Below, one piece after another: positions 26,620 through 36,918 of a stretch of 64,000 nt of DNA; within the stretch, counting starts at the first letter, position 1; the number at the start of each line of letters is the position of its first letter. The notes beneath the pieces were generated by a model, which was not told where the DNA came from, did not search any database, and saw only the letters and a list, made by a program, of their open reading frames with translations. Position numbers and translations under genes: made by a program. Origin of the DNA: an uncultured Terriglobus sp. (GTDB lineage: Bacteria > Acidobacteriota > Terriglobia > Terriglobales > Acidobacteriaceae); the NCBI GenBank assembly GCA_964246795.1, contig CAXTRR010000013.1:2895-66894 (forward strand). Reading direction: 5' to 3'.

Positions 26620-28197
26620 TTAGGCGGCCACGGCCTGCTCGCCCTTGTACTGCAGGGGATCGCTGTCACGGCCGTCCGCGTTGCGGCCGCCTTTGTATTG
26701 GCGGTCCAGTGCGTCCGCCGCGATCCAGCCCGACTGCATGACCATGGGCATGCCGGGGCCGGGGTGGGCCGCGCCGCCGGCCAGGAACAAGCCGTCGATG
26801 CCGCGCACCACGTTGGATGGCTTGAACGCGCCGTTGAAACGGCCATGCGAGCTGAGCCCATAGATTGCTCCGTTCAGCACACGGTAGCGCTCGTGAATGT
26901 CCTGCGGCGTCAGCGCGCGCTCAAACACAATGCGCTCTTCCAGGTCTGGCATCTGGCCGGTGGTCTTCAGCTTGTCCAGGATGACCTGGCGGTAGCCCGG
27001 AAACATCTCGCGCCAGTCGTGATTGGGCCGCAGGTAGGGCGTGTGAACGAGCACATACAAGGCGTCGCCGCCGGGGGGCGCGGTGTCCGGCTCGGTGCGG
27101 CTGGTGGAGGCCAGATAGCAGGTCGGGTCCGGCGCCGGAATGCCCAGCGTATAGATGGAATGGAACTCCTCATGCGGATCGCGTGAGAAGACAAAGTCGT
27201 GGTGCGCCAGGTGTTCGTAACGCTTGTTCAGGCCGAGATAAAGCACCACGCCGCTGCAGGCCGGCTCATAGTTGCTCTTGCGGTCGAATTGGGCGGTCGC
27301 GTCAGAGCCCGGCAGTAGTTCCCGGTAGGTCCGTACGCTGTCTTCATTGCTCACGATGGCGTCGAATTTGAAGCGCTGGCCGGTGGTCAGGGTCAGGCCA
27401 TCCGTGACGGGCAGGCCGGCCACCTTGCGGGTGCAGATCTGGCTCACGTCCGCGTCCGTGTGATAGACGACACCCAGCTCCTGGCCCAGTTTAATGAGCG
27501 CCTCCGGAACGGCGCGGGTTCCGCCCATGGGGTACCAGATGCCCTGCTCGGTTTGCATGTGGCCGATGGCGCACAGGATGGCGGGCGACTGGTCCGGTGA
27601 CGAGCCCACGTATTGCACAAAGTGGTCCAGCATCTGCGCCGTGTTCGGGTCGGAGATGTATTCGCGGATGACGCCGGCCACGGTTTTGCCCAGGCGCATC
27701 TTCATCACATCCTTCAGCACGGCGGTGTCGAACATGCCGCGCATCTCCAGCGTATCGAGCATGGAGCCGATGGGCCGCCAGAAGAAAAACTTGTCGCTAA
27801 TACGGTGAAGCTGCTCGCTGACGCCAATGAATTCGCGGTACCTTTCGCCCATGCCAGGCTTGACCTGGTTCAACTCCGCGACCATATCGTCCATCTTGTC
27901 TTTGAGTTCCAGGATGGTGCCGTCTTCAAAGAAGCAGCGCCAACTCGGGTCCAGGCGAACCATTTTCACGTAGTCGTCCAGATTGCGGTTTGCTTCGGCA
28001 AAGATTTTGCGCAGGGTGGAGGGCTGAATCAGGATCGTTGGACCCATGTCGAAGCGGAAGCCCTCTTCCCGAAGAACGGCTGCTTTGCCGCCGAGCCAGG
28101 TATTCTTTTCAAAGACTTCCACTTCATAGCCGCGTGCCGCGAGTGTGGCGGCGGCGGAAAGTCCGGCCAGGCCGGAACCGATAACTGCAACGCGCAT
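26620..28197 (-). CDS. Phytoene desaturase-family FAD oxidoreductase (CrtI/CrtD-like)
   Basis: AAGGAG RBS and ATG at 28197. MRVAVIGSGLAGLSAAATLAARGYEVEVFEKNTWLGGKA dinucleotide-binding motif. C-terminal GLFLAGGAAHPGPGMPMV signature of CrtI-family enzymes. Confidence 0.9.
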   Translation of the reverse strand: MRVAVIGSGLAGLSAAATLAARGYEVEVFEKNTWLGGKAAVLREEGFRFDMGPTILIQPSTLRKIFAEANRNLDDYVKMVRLDPSWRCFFEDGTILELKDKMDDMVAELNQVKPGMGERYREFIGVSEQLHRISDKFFFWRPIGSMLDTLEMRGMFDTAVLKDVMKMRLGKTVAGVIREYISDPNTAQMLDHFVQYVGSSPDQSPAILCAIGHMQTEQGIWYPMGGTRAVPEALIKLGQELGVVYHTDADVSQICTRKVAGLPVTDGLTLTTGQRFKFDAIVSNEDSVRTYRELLPGSDATAQFDRKSNYEPACSGVVLYLGLNKRYEHLAHHDFVFSRDPHEEFHSIYTLGIPAPDPTCYLASTSRTEPDTAPPGGDALYVLVHTPYLRPNHDWREMFPGYRQVILDKLKTTGQMPDLEERIVFERALTPQDIHERYRVLNGAIYGLSSHGRFNGAFKPSNVVRGIDGLFLAGGAAHPGPGMPMVMQSGWIAADALDRQYKGGRNADGRDSDPLQYKGEQAVAA

Positions 28198-28713
28198 GAA
28201 AACTCCTTCAATCTGTGGCAGCTCAGTGGCTGGCGGGGGTCTTGAGAGATAGACGGGCCGCACGCCTTCCGGGTTTGTCTGGAGATGTCCGCGCCAACTG
28301 CCGCCGTTGCCGTCATCACTGTTTGTGGGCGTTCCGTGCGATGTGGCGGGAGTCGTTGCATCCTGTGAATGCCGACCCACACCGAAAATTTCGAAGAGTA
28401 TTAGGCTTTTTCAGGCGCGGGGAGAAGGACGAGTCTGCAAGCAGCCGGTTGCGGCGCTTCGAGGGTTGCGTTTGTGGGTTGTTGGATCACCGGTCCACGG
28501 GCAGGCTCAACGGTTTCGCGCAGGCAACCGGCTATCCGATTTCGGGCACTGCCAGCACCCCAGAGAGCCGGGCGCGGCTCATTATAAGGAGGCTGCTGAA
28601 GTAACCCACCTTATTTCGGGCCGGACACCTTTCCCGCCCGGGCCGGAAGCACGTCCGTGGTATTCCGCCCTGAAACTGATCGATCTGTAGCGGAAGAAGA
28701 GACGGCTGCCCAC

Positions 28714-29787
28714 TCAGGCCGCCACCGCCTCGGCCTTTAAGCGCTCCGCCGTGTCGTGCGCAATAAGTGCATCCACGATGGGCTGCAACTTGCCTTCCAT
28801 CACATATTCCAGCTGATGGAGCGTGAGACCGATGCGGTGATCCGTCAGCCGGTTCTGCGGAAAATTGTAGGTGCGGATTTTCTCTGAGCGGTCACCCGAG
28901 CCCACCTGCTGCTTGCGCTGGCTGGCCTGCGCCTGGTGCTGGCGCTCCATCTCCACTTCGTAGAGGCGCGAACGCAACACGCGCATGGCCTTATCGCGAT
29001 TTTTGATCTGCGATTTCTCGTCCTGGCAGCTCACCACAGTGTTGGTGGGCAGGTGCGTAATACGAATCGCCGAGTAAGTGGTGTTCACCGACTGGCCGCC
29101 CGGCCCGGAGGAGCAGAACGTATCCACGCGCAGGTCCTTTTGCTCGATCTTGACATCAACCTCTTCGGCTTCCGGCAAGACGGCTACCGTTATGGCGGAG
29201 GTGTGCACGCGGCCCTGCGTTTCCGTCGCCGGTACGCGCTGCACCCGGTGCACGCCGCTCTCATACTTGAGCGAGCTATAGACCCGGTTGCCCTCGATGA
29301 GCGCGGTTACATCCTTCAACCCACCCACGCTCGACTCGGTCTCTGAGAGCACTTCCACCTTCCACCGGTGCAGCTCGGCGTAACGCAAATACATGCGAAA
29401 GACCTCCGCCGCAAAGAGCGAGGCCTCGTCGCCGCCGGTGGCCGCGCGGATTTCCAGCACCACGTTCTTTTCGTCGTTCGGGTCCTTGGGCAGGAGCATG
29501 ATTTTAAGCTGCTCCTCGATCGCCGGCATCCGGCCCTGCAGCACCGTGAGTTCGTCCTGCGCCATGGCGCGGATGTCAGGGTCAGTTTCTACGAGCATGG
29601 TCTTTGCGTCGGCAATGCCGGTCCGCACCTGCTTGTACTCGCGGTAGCGCTCAATCACCGGCTGCATGTCGCGGTGCTGCTTGCCAGCCTTTTGGAAACG
29701 CTGCTGGTCGGTAATGATGGCTGGATCGGCCAGGTCCCCTTCCAACTCGCGATAGCGCTCTTCCAACTGCTCGAGACGGTCAAACAT
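28714..29787 (-). CDS. prfA: Peptide chain release factor 1
   Basis: [22 protein letters not shown]..., PAT tripeptide ([14 protein letters not shown]), and GGQ motif ([11 protein letters not shown]). 357 aa. Confidence 0.97.
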   Translation of the reverse strand: MFDRLEQLEERYRELEGDLADPAIITDQQRFQKAGKQHRDMQPVIERYREYKQVRTGIADAKTMLVETDPDIRAMAQDELTVLQGRMPAIEEQLKIMLLPKDPNDEKNVVLEIRAATGGDEASLFAAEVFRMYLRYAELHRWKVEVLSETESSVGGLKDVTALIEGNRVYSSLKYESGVHRVQRVPATETQGRVHTSAITVAVLPEAEEVDVKIEQKDLRVDTFCSSGPGGQSVNTTYSAIRITHLPTNTVVSCQDEKSQIKNRDKAMRVLRSRLYEVEMERQHQAQASQRKQQVGSGDRSEKIRTYNFPQNRLTDHRIGLTLHQLEYVMEGKLQPIVDALIAHDTAERLKAEAVAA

Positions 29788-30034
29788 GGGCGGAAACTCC
29801 TCTGCGCGGCGGCGCAGCTCAAAATCATAAGATCAAAGGGTCGCTACAGGCGCGGGCAGGATGCGGCAACAGAGCGCAGCTAGGCAAAGTCGAGCCGCTG
29901 CGGGCCCGTACGGGAAGAACTCACCGGGATGGCCGCGGGATGCTTCATCTGTTCATTGGATGATAGCGCGAAGCCACGGATGCGCGCGGCGCCTCGGAGG
30001 GAACAGGTCGCGACGCATCGGTGTCACTTCTTAT

Positions 30035-30911
30035 GTGAGCCGCCACCCCAAACTGCCGCCGTGGTCGAGTGTGCTCCTTCTTGTCCTTGTGAACCTCTGC
30101 ACTTCATCCATCTCAGCGCAGCTTGGACGAGTGATCGAGCATCCAGAGGACCTGGCCGGAGTGTGGGAAGCTCCCGACCAGCACGGCGGAGTAACAGGCA
30201 TGCTGATCGGAGTTGATACGCGTATCGACCGTTTGCCGGATGACAAGAGCGCACGCCCGCAGTTTCTCGATCAGTTGTCCATCGGCCTATACCGCCGAGC
30301 TGTCCCCGGTGCTGCACCTTCCGGCTTCGGCTTCTTCTCAGTCGCATCCCAGCGAGAAACCAGGTGGAACGGGAAACGTCTGCAGATCGACTGGCAGGAT
30401 CGCACCGGCGTGGATTGGGTTCGCCTCGATCTGATTTGGCACCCGCTGACGAAGGACTGGACAGGCCATTTCGCGCGCGGAGACCGAGACCGGCTTCTGA
30501 CCTTTGATCGACCGCAGAATGGAGCTCAGACCGTATCGCAACTGGCTGGCACGTGGTTCGACGGAAAGAGCAAACTGTCTGCACATCGCGCAGGCTTCTG
30601 ACCAGACATATGCAGCGTGGTCCGACGTCGTAAGGACCTCCGGCATACGCTACGCCAACCACATCGTGCCACTGCCAACGATCCTGGAAATCTATGGCAT
30701 TGGCGCAATGGTAGATGTCAGACCCGCCGGCTTCGTCGACGTGGAACTCGGGGCAAAGCAGGCAGTCTGCTGCTCCCAGCGCCACCTGATGAAGCTCGCC
30801 CCTGGTGGGCAGAGCTTGCAGGAAGCGTGGCGGTCCGATCATGGAACAACATGGAAGCGCATGCCCGGCGAGCGCTGCCTTTGGCCTTACTGGACGGGCG
30901 TGAAACGGTGA
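30035..30911 (+). pseudogene. Exported hypothetical protein, apparently frameshifted near 30560-30580
   Basis: GTG 30035 gives signal MSRHPKLPPWSSVLLLVLVNLCTSSISAQ. The frame stops at 30601, but a protein-like reading continues in another frame (ORF 30504-30911: ...CLHIAQASDQTYAAWSDVV...). It could also be two small genes or a sequencing error. Confidence 0.4.
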
Positions 30912-30918
30912 TCTCTAC

Positions 30919-32244
30919 CTAGACTTTCGGCTCAAACCCCTTGGCATATTCCGCGCGCTTCGTCATGGCTACGGCTTCCTTGTCATTCACAATGCTACCG
31001 CTCGCATCCAGTGCCAGCGTGCGTTTGGCGAAGTAGGAGATGTTCGCATAGTGCAGCATGGTTACGGAGATGTTGCCCTGGCTCACCGGCTGGTTCAGCT
31101 TGTCGCCATTGCGGATGGCACCCAGGAAGTTCGCAAAGTGCGCGTCGGTGTAAATGTCGATGCCCGCGCGGTCGGAGCTGGGCGCGGCCATGGCTGCTTT
31201 GGGCGGTTTGACCGACTCGCTCAGCTTTTTGTCGTGGTTGTCGTAAATCTCCCAATCGCCGATGTCGATCACCATCACGCCTTCGGTGCCATGGACGGCC
31301 ACGCCCCGGTCGCGGCCATAGGTCTTTTTGCCGCTGATGCAGGAGCCCTTCCAGGTGATCATGCTGTCGGGATATTCAAAGGCGGCGTCCATATTGTCGT
31401 AGAACTGCCAATCGTCCTTGGTCTGGTAACGGCCGCCCGAGGCAGAGACTGTCTGCGGCATCCCCACCCCAAGCGCCCACACGGCCACATCTACCTCATG
31501 CGTGCCGTTATTCAGGCTTTCGCCCGTGCCCCACTTGCGGAACCAGTGCCAGTTGTACGGGTGCAGGTTGTCCTTGTAAGCCTCGCGCGGCGCTGGGCCC
31601 TGCCACAGGTCCCAGTCCAGCGTGGCGGGCACGGCTACCGGCTTGCCCACGCCAATGGGCTGCCGGGCCGTCGCGTACCAGGTTTCCGCCCAATATGGCC
31701 GGCCGATGACGCCGGAGCGCAGCTTCTCGATTGCCTCCATCACCGGCTTGGAGGAGCGCCGCTGTGATCCCATCTGACACAACTTACCCGTCTTTTGCGC
31801 CGCCTGCACCAGCCAGCGGCCCTCCTGCGGGTTGTAGGCGCAGGGCTTTTCCACGTACACATGCTTGCCAGCCTGCATGGCCAGAATACCCATGGGCGCG
31901 TGCCAGTGGTCGGGCGTGGCGATGGTGATGGCGTCCAGATCCTTCATGGCGAGGATCTTACGAAAATCCCGCTCGCCTTTGGGAGCCGTGCCCATCTGCG
32001 TGGTCGCATCCGTTACGAACTTGTCGAGGTAACGCGTGTCCACGTCGGCAACGTAAACCAGGTTTACGTTCTGCTTGCTGGCCTTGAGCGCGGCCAAATG
32101 TGCATAAGCACGGCTGCGGAGACCCACGACCGCAAAGTTCACGCGGGCATTGCTGCCCAGGATTTGTGCGTAACTCCGGGCGCTTGTGGATGCAAACGCG
32201 GCCGTGCCGACAGCGGTGCCTGCAACAAAATCACGACGATTCAT
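30919..32244 (-). CDS. Tat-exported Gfo/Idh/MocA-family oxidoreductase (possibly GH109-like)
   Basis: Twin-arginine signal MNRRDFVAGTAVGTAAFASTSARSYA. Rossmann motif NFAVVGLRSRAYAH. Downstream of a TonB-dependent receptor on the same strand. Confidence 0.9.
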   Translation of the reverse strand: MNRRDFVAGTAVGTAAFASTSARSYAQILGSNARVNFAVVGLRSRAYAHLAALKASKQNVNLVYVADVDTRYLDKFVTDATTQMGTAPKGERDFRKILAMKDLDAITIATPDHWHAPMGILAMQAGKHVYVEKPCAYNPQEGRWLVQAAQKTGKLCQMGSQRRSSKPVMEAIEKLRSGVIGRPYWAETWYATARQPIGVGKPVAVPATLDWDLWQGPAPREAYKDNLHPYNWHWFRKWGTGESLNNGTHEVDVAVWALGVGMPQTVSASGGRYQTKDDWQFYDNMDAAFEYPDSMITWKGSCISGKKTYGRDRGVAVHGTEGVMVIDIGDWEIYDNHDKKLSESVKPPKAAMAAPSSDRAGIDIYTDAHFANFLGAIRNGDKLNQPVSQGNISVTMLHYANISYFAKRTLALDASGSIVNDKEAVAMTKRAEYAKGFEPKV

Positions 32245-32402
32245 GGTGCGGTACTCCTATTGACCTTCTACAACCCAGGTGGAAAGGAAGGGTCAGATAG
32301 CTTCCATAGCATCTCTGCCGCCCTTCTCATCTAACTTCGCGAAGGTGGAAAATCCCACGCATCGCAACTACCTATCACTTACTTCCTACTACTTACTACC
32401 TA

Positions 32403-35400
32403 CTAAAACTGCAGCTTCACCGAAGCCTGCAGCGCACGCCCACCGCCCACGCCATTTACGCTGCCCTGGCCGGAGCCCAGCGTGCTGGTGATGTAGCCGT
32501 AGTTGGTATTGCCAAAGGTGCCGGTTTGCGGGTTGGCGAACTGCGGCGTGTTGCTGAGCTGGAACGCTTCAAACCGGGTTTCCAGATTTGCCTCACGGAA
32601 AATTGGGAACTGTTTGAAAACGGTCAGGTTGTCCTGAACGAAACCGGGGCCGCGGAACGCATTGCGGCCGGTGTTGCCGGTCACGCCGTTGCCGGTGGGC
32701 TGGCCGAACGATGCCGGATCGAAGTAGTTAATCCCGATCGTATTATGGCCGCCGATCCTGCGGTACGGCGCTACCAGGTTCGCGGTCTGGGTAACGCCGG
32801 GCGTATTTAGAGCACCACCATTCGCATTTACAGTGAACGGCGTGCCGGAGACCAGAGAGAGGATTCCGGACAGCTTCCAACCGCCGAGCAGGAATTGGGA
32901 AGGCCCCGTGCTGAAGTACTGGTGACCACGTCCGACCGGCAACTCATAGGTGAAGCTGCTTTCAAAATTGTGGGCACGGTCGAAATCGGCCAGTGCGTAA
33001 TTGCGGCGAAGCTGCGCAAAGAAGAGCAGGCCGCCGTTGTCGGCGGATTGATAATTCAGCGTCTTGCTCCAGGTGTACGCCGTGGTGAAGCTTAGACCCT
33101 TGCTGAAGCGCTTGTTCAGCTGTGCCTGAAGCGACTGGTAGTTTGACGAAAATCCAAGAAATTGCGCCGTGCTTGCAGCAGTCCGGCCGAAGAGAAGATT
33201 CTGCGGCTCACTTGCGACGCCCCCACCCAGGTAATTCGGCAGGTTAATGTTCTGGCTCACCGGCTGGTGCACTCCATGATTGGCGACATAGGCCAATTGC
33301 ATCGTCACGTCATTGGCAAACGCTTGCTGCAAGGCAACATTCCAGGACATGACGTAGGGATTGTAATAGTTCTGTGGAATGATTGTGTAATTCTGGCTGT
33401 TTAGCAACGTGCCGCGTTGTACCTGGATCACGCCGGTGGACGGAATCACTGCAGGAGTGGGCGCGGGAAAGCCAGCTTGAAAGCTTGCCGGAGTGGCTCC
33501 ATCGGCCAGAACAGCCGGCCCGTAAGTCGTCGCCGGATTGAAACTGTTATTCGACCGCACTGGATAGTTATAGGCATAGGTATTATCCGGGAACGGAAGA
33601 TAGCTCATGCCGAAACCGGCACGCAGCACAGTTGTATCCGTGGCTCGGAAGGACAGACCGGTACGCGGCGCAAAGTAGCTGTAACGTGTTTTAATTCCGA
33701 GATCACGCGGTACATTACCGACACCGGCAAGACGCAGCTGGTTGTTGTTGAAATCGTAATTGGAGAAGCCCCCTGTCACCTTCGGTGTTGCGGAGGGGTA
33801 GTACTCCCAGCGAACGCCCAGATCCAGTGTCAGCTTGGGATTGACCTGCCACTTATCGGCTACGAAAGCAAAAAGCCACGTCTGGCGATACGCCGGGACA
33901 AACGTGTTCAGATCGCGGCCGGCCTGGCTCGGAACATCAAGGAGGAAGCTCGCAACGTCATTAGCGACATTGGTGCTTGCCCCCGGTACTGATGTCTGAT
34001 TTTCACCAAAGGTATACGCACCGCGCGGACTGAAGGTCTGGTCCTGCAACAAATCATCTCTCACGCGGCGAACGTCCGCACCAAACTTGACCGTGTGATT
34101 CTTCAGGATTTTGGTCCAGTTATTAACGAAGTCAATGTTGGCCTCAGCGCGAAGCCATGGCACCGATGCCGCATAGCCAAACTGCGGGTTGGAAAAGCCA
34201 CCATTAACGGTAATGCCTACCTGGCCGCTGGTAAATGGCTGGCCGGCGATATTCACGCCCGGAATACCCGCGGCAGTCGCATCATTGCTGCCGTAATCGC
34301 TGGGCTGTGCATTGTTCCGCAGGTGAGCCACGCCGATGCGGCCCTCCGTGAACAACGTGCTGTTAAAGACATGCTCCAGGTTGGCACCGGTGCTGTACGC
34401 CGTTTGCACGCCGACACCCTGAAAGCCGCCGCCGATGGGGCCGCCCAGAAACGAGCCAAAGGCCGGTGCCTGAAAGGTATTGACTCGCTGCCAGGAAAAG
34501 CGCCCGCTCAGGTGGTCTTTCTGCGTGATGGTGTAGTCGGTCTTGATGTCGTAACTGTTCGTGTTTTTCGCGAAGGGCAGGTTCGTGCTGTAGTTATTTG
34601 TCGGCGAAGCAATGTTGCTAACATTCCTGTTCGGTGCTGGCAAGCCACGCAGCAGGGCCAGCGTAACCGGATTCACGCGGCTGACTGGGATGAGATTGCC
34701 ACGGAAGGGCGTACGGCCTGCACCGCTGGTGCTTCCCGTTGCAGGGTCATACACCTGACCTGTGTTGAAAAGTCCCGCCGCATTGGTTCCTTTGGCGATT
34801 CCCGGTGCACTCAGGTCAATAAACCCATTGCCATTGTCCGTATAAAACTGCGTCGGCACAATGGACAGAATGCTGTTGTAAGCTTCGCGGTCCGTAGTGC
34901 GCAGATAGTCGCCAAAGATAAAAAGCCGGTCCTTGATGATGGGGCCACCCAGGCTGCCGCCAAAGTAGTTATAGGCAAGGTGGCCCAGCGGCCCTCCAAA
35001 GTAGGAGCGTGCATTGGTGGCATTGTTCTGAATGAACTCAAAAGCCGAGCCATGAAAAGCATTTGTGCCGGAGCGAAGTGTCACATTGGTGACGGCGCCA
35101 ATCGCCCGGCCAAGCTCCGCGTCAAAATTGTTTGTTGTCACATCAATGGACTGGATCGCCTCTGCCGGCGGAATGATGATCTGCAACAGGCCGGTGCGCT
35201 CGTCATCGTCGATGCCTTCAATCTGATACAAATTTCCCATACGCGGAATACCATTGGCACGCGTCTGAATGGCTCCCTGCGCGTTGAAAAACTGTGAGTG
35301 CTCATAGGTGGCCGGCGTGGTGCCAGGCACCAGGTTCAGCAGTGACTGGAAATTGCGATTGGTACCCAGCGGCAGATCGGCCACCGCCTGCCGCTCCAGC

Positions 35401-35906
35401 TTGGTGCTGATGTCCGCACGGTCCGTCTGCAGCACCGGCGGCGCGGTCGAGACCGTGACCTGCTCGGTGATGGACCCCGTGACTAGATTGAAATCTACTC
35501 GGGTAGAACTGTTGCTGACCAGGTCAATGTGCTCATGCACCTCCCGTTTGAAGCCCGGCGACTCCACCGTGATGGTGTAGTTGCCCGGCTGCAGTCCTGG
35601 AACTTCATAATTGCCGCTGCTGTTGGAGGTGAAGTGCTGCACCTGCGCCGTCTCTGTAGCGGTGATGGTGACCTGTGCGTTGGCCACGGCCGCACCGCTG
35701 CTGTCCTGCACGGTACCCAGCAGGGTGCCGCTCACCGCCTGCGCGTAAAGCGGTGCCGTTTGCACCAGGCACGCGGAAACCGCCAGCGCCAACGCCGCCG
35801 GCGCAAACCAAAGCTGGTGGCGAACCAGTCCGTGTGCGGAGATCCGCTGCAATACCTGGGAGAAATGACAAAACATGGGCTGCCTCCAAAAGTGCTTCCG
35901 CGACAC
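32403..35906 (-). CDS. TonB-dependent outer-membrane receptor with N-terminal carboxypeptidase-regulatory-like domain
   Basis: Signal peptide, then GTLLGTVQDSSGAAVANAQVTITATETAQVQHFTSNSSGNYEVPGLQPGNYTITVESPGF (CarbopepD_reg_2-type), a plug, and a very large beta-barrel ending ...ASVKLQF. Confidence 0.9.
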   Translation of the reverse strand: MSRKHFWRQPMFCHFSQVLQRISAHGLVRHQLWFAPAALALAVSACLVQTAPLYAQAVSGTLLGTVQDSSGAAVANAQVTITATETAQVQHFTSNSSGNYEVPGLQPGNYTITVESPGFKREVHEHIDLVSNSSTRVDFNLVTGSITEQVTVSTAPPVLQTDRADISTKLERQAVADLPLGTNRNFQSLLNLVPGTTPATYEHSQFFNAQGAIQTRANGIPRMGNLYQIEGIDDDERTGLLQIIIPPAEAIQSIDVTTNNFDAELGRAIGAVTNVTLRSGTNAFHGSAFEFIQNNATNARSYFGGPLGHLAYNYFGGSLGGPIIKDRLFIFGDYLRTTDREAYNSILSIVPTQFYTDNGNGFIDLSAPGIAKGTNAAGLFNTGQVYDPATGSTSGAGRTPFRGNLIPVSRVNPVTLALLRGLPAPNRNVSNIASPTNNYSTNLPFAKNTNSYDIKTDYTITQKDHLSGRFSWQRVNTFQAPAFGSFLGGPIGGGFQGVGVQTAYSTGANLEHVFNSTLFTEGRIGVAHLRNNAQPSDYGSNDATAAGIPGVNIAGQPFTSGQVGITVNGGFSNPQFGYAASVPWLRAEANIDFVNNWTKILKNHTVKFGADVRRVRDDLLQDQTFSPRGAYTFGENQTSVPGASTNVANDVASFLLDVPSQAGRDLNTFVPAYRQTWLFAFVADKWQVNPKLTLDLGVRWEYYPSATPKVTGGFSNYDFNNNQLRLAGVGNVPRDLGIKTRYSYFAPRTGLSFRATDTTVLRAGFGMSYLPFPDNTYAYNYPVRSNNSFNPATTYGPAVLADGATPASFQAGFPAPTPAVIPSTGVIQVQRGTLLNSQNYTIIPQNYYNPYVMSWNVALQQAFANDVTMQLAYVANHGVHQPVSQNINLPNYLGGGVASEPQNLLFGRTAASTAQFLGFSSNYQSLQAQLNKRFSKGLSFTTAYTWSKTLNYQSADNGGLLFFAQLRRNYALADFDRAHNFESSFTYELPVGRGHQYFSTGPSQFLLGGWKLSGILSLVSGTPFTVNANGGALNTPGVTQTANLVAPYRRIGGHNTIGINYFDPASFGQPTGNGVTGNTGRNAFRGPGFVQDNLTVFKQFPIFREANLETRFEAFQLSNTPQFANPQTGTFGNTNYGYITSTLGSGQGSVNGVGGGRALQASVKLQF

Positions 35907-36089
35907 AAGTGTGCTGTGTTGATTTGTGCCCCGAACTATAAGGAGAGCGCTGCAGCACTGTCAAGCTGCAAGTCCCGCTTGCCGCACGAAGGTCGCCAGG
36001 GGTCGACACCTGCCCGCAAGACCAGCACCCGTGAGCCACCACGCAGACCCGGCAGCATTAGGAGAAGCGGACAATGACAGCCCGGCAGA

Positions 36090-36701
36090 TCATCGCAGGT
36101 GGCGCATGCTGTGGCGGAAAAGCTGCTCAAAGTCGTTGCGCACCGTCAGCTCTGTGGCGGCATGGGCCGCAATCGCCGCATCCACGGCTTTCTGTGCCAT
36201 GGGCCGGCCGTACCCCAGGTTCATCAGCGCGGAAATCACGTCCTCCACCGCCGCACCCACTGCCGCCGCCGGTTCTACCGGTCTCGCGGGATCCCCGATA
36301 AAGTCCAGTTTGTCCTTCAGCTCCAGCACAATGCGCTCCGCCGTCTTTTTGCCGATGCCCGGAATGCGCACGAGCAGCGCGTGGTCCGCCGAGCGGATTG
36401 CCGAAGCGAGCGCGGCCGCCTCAATGCCGCTCAACAGCGTCATGGCCAGCTTGGGTCCCACACCGGAGATGGTGATCAGCTTCTCAAACAGCTGCTTCTC
36501 CTGGCGCTCCAGAAAGCCAAACAGCGCAATCGCATCCTCGCGCACCTGCGTGTTCACATGCAGGCTCGCGGTTTGCCCCTCGTCCGGCAGGCGCGTAAAG
36601 CACTGCACACTGATGGCAACGTCATAGCCCACGCCGCCGCAGTCCACCACGGCCTGGTTGGGGGCCTTGCTCAGGAGAATGCCTTTCAGGTGCGCAATCA
36701 T
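36090..36701 (-). CDS. ruvA: Holliday junction branch-migration complex subunit RuvA
   Basis: MIAHLKGILLSKAPNQAVVDCGGVGYDVAISV..., HhH motifs ISGVGPKLAMTLL and IPGIGKKTAERIVLELKDK, and C-terminal domain III. Confidence 0.95.
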   Translation of the reverse strand: MIAHLKGILLSKAPNQAVVDCGGVGYDVAISVQCFTRLPDEGQTASLHVNTQVREDAIALFGFLERQEKQLFEKLITISGVGPKLAMTLLSGIEAAALASAIRSADHALLVRIPGIGKKTAERIVLELKDKLDFIGDPARPVEPAAAVGAAVEDVISALMNLGYGRPMAQKAVDAAIAAHAATELTVRNDFEQLFRHSMRHLR

Positions 36702-36863
36702 GCTAGGTGGATTGTAGATGGATGCGAGTAGAACCACCCTGACCGGGAGCAGCGATGCTGTGAGTGTAGTGATGCTGTAAATGCAGTGATGATGGGGGTG
36801 CCGCACCTTTGCGAAGCTAAGCTGGGTTTTGTCCGAGACAGACTCGACCTCAGCGCCTGATCT

Positions 36864-36910
36864 CCCACCTTAACGACGTTAAGACTGTCGTAAAGGTGGG
36901 GCACCCATTT
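36864..36910 (+). repeat. REP-like palindromic element, copy 3
   Basis: CCCACCTTAACGACG-TTAAGAC-TGTCGTAAAGGTGG followed by GGCACCCATTT. Same architecture as 20557-20605 and, inverted, 20480-20519. Confidence 0.6.
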
Positions 36911-36918
36911 ACCCGGCT

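Noticed and set aside
28581-28586. Perfect TATAAT on the minus strand within the 517-nt prfA-crtI spacer. It would give crtI a ~390-nt leader, possibly a light- or B12-type regulatory region.
   Set aside because: There is no acceptable -35 (GTGGGT/TGGGTT) and no TG extension. I could see no riboswitch or operator pattern. Too weak to call.
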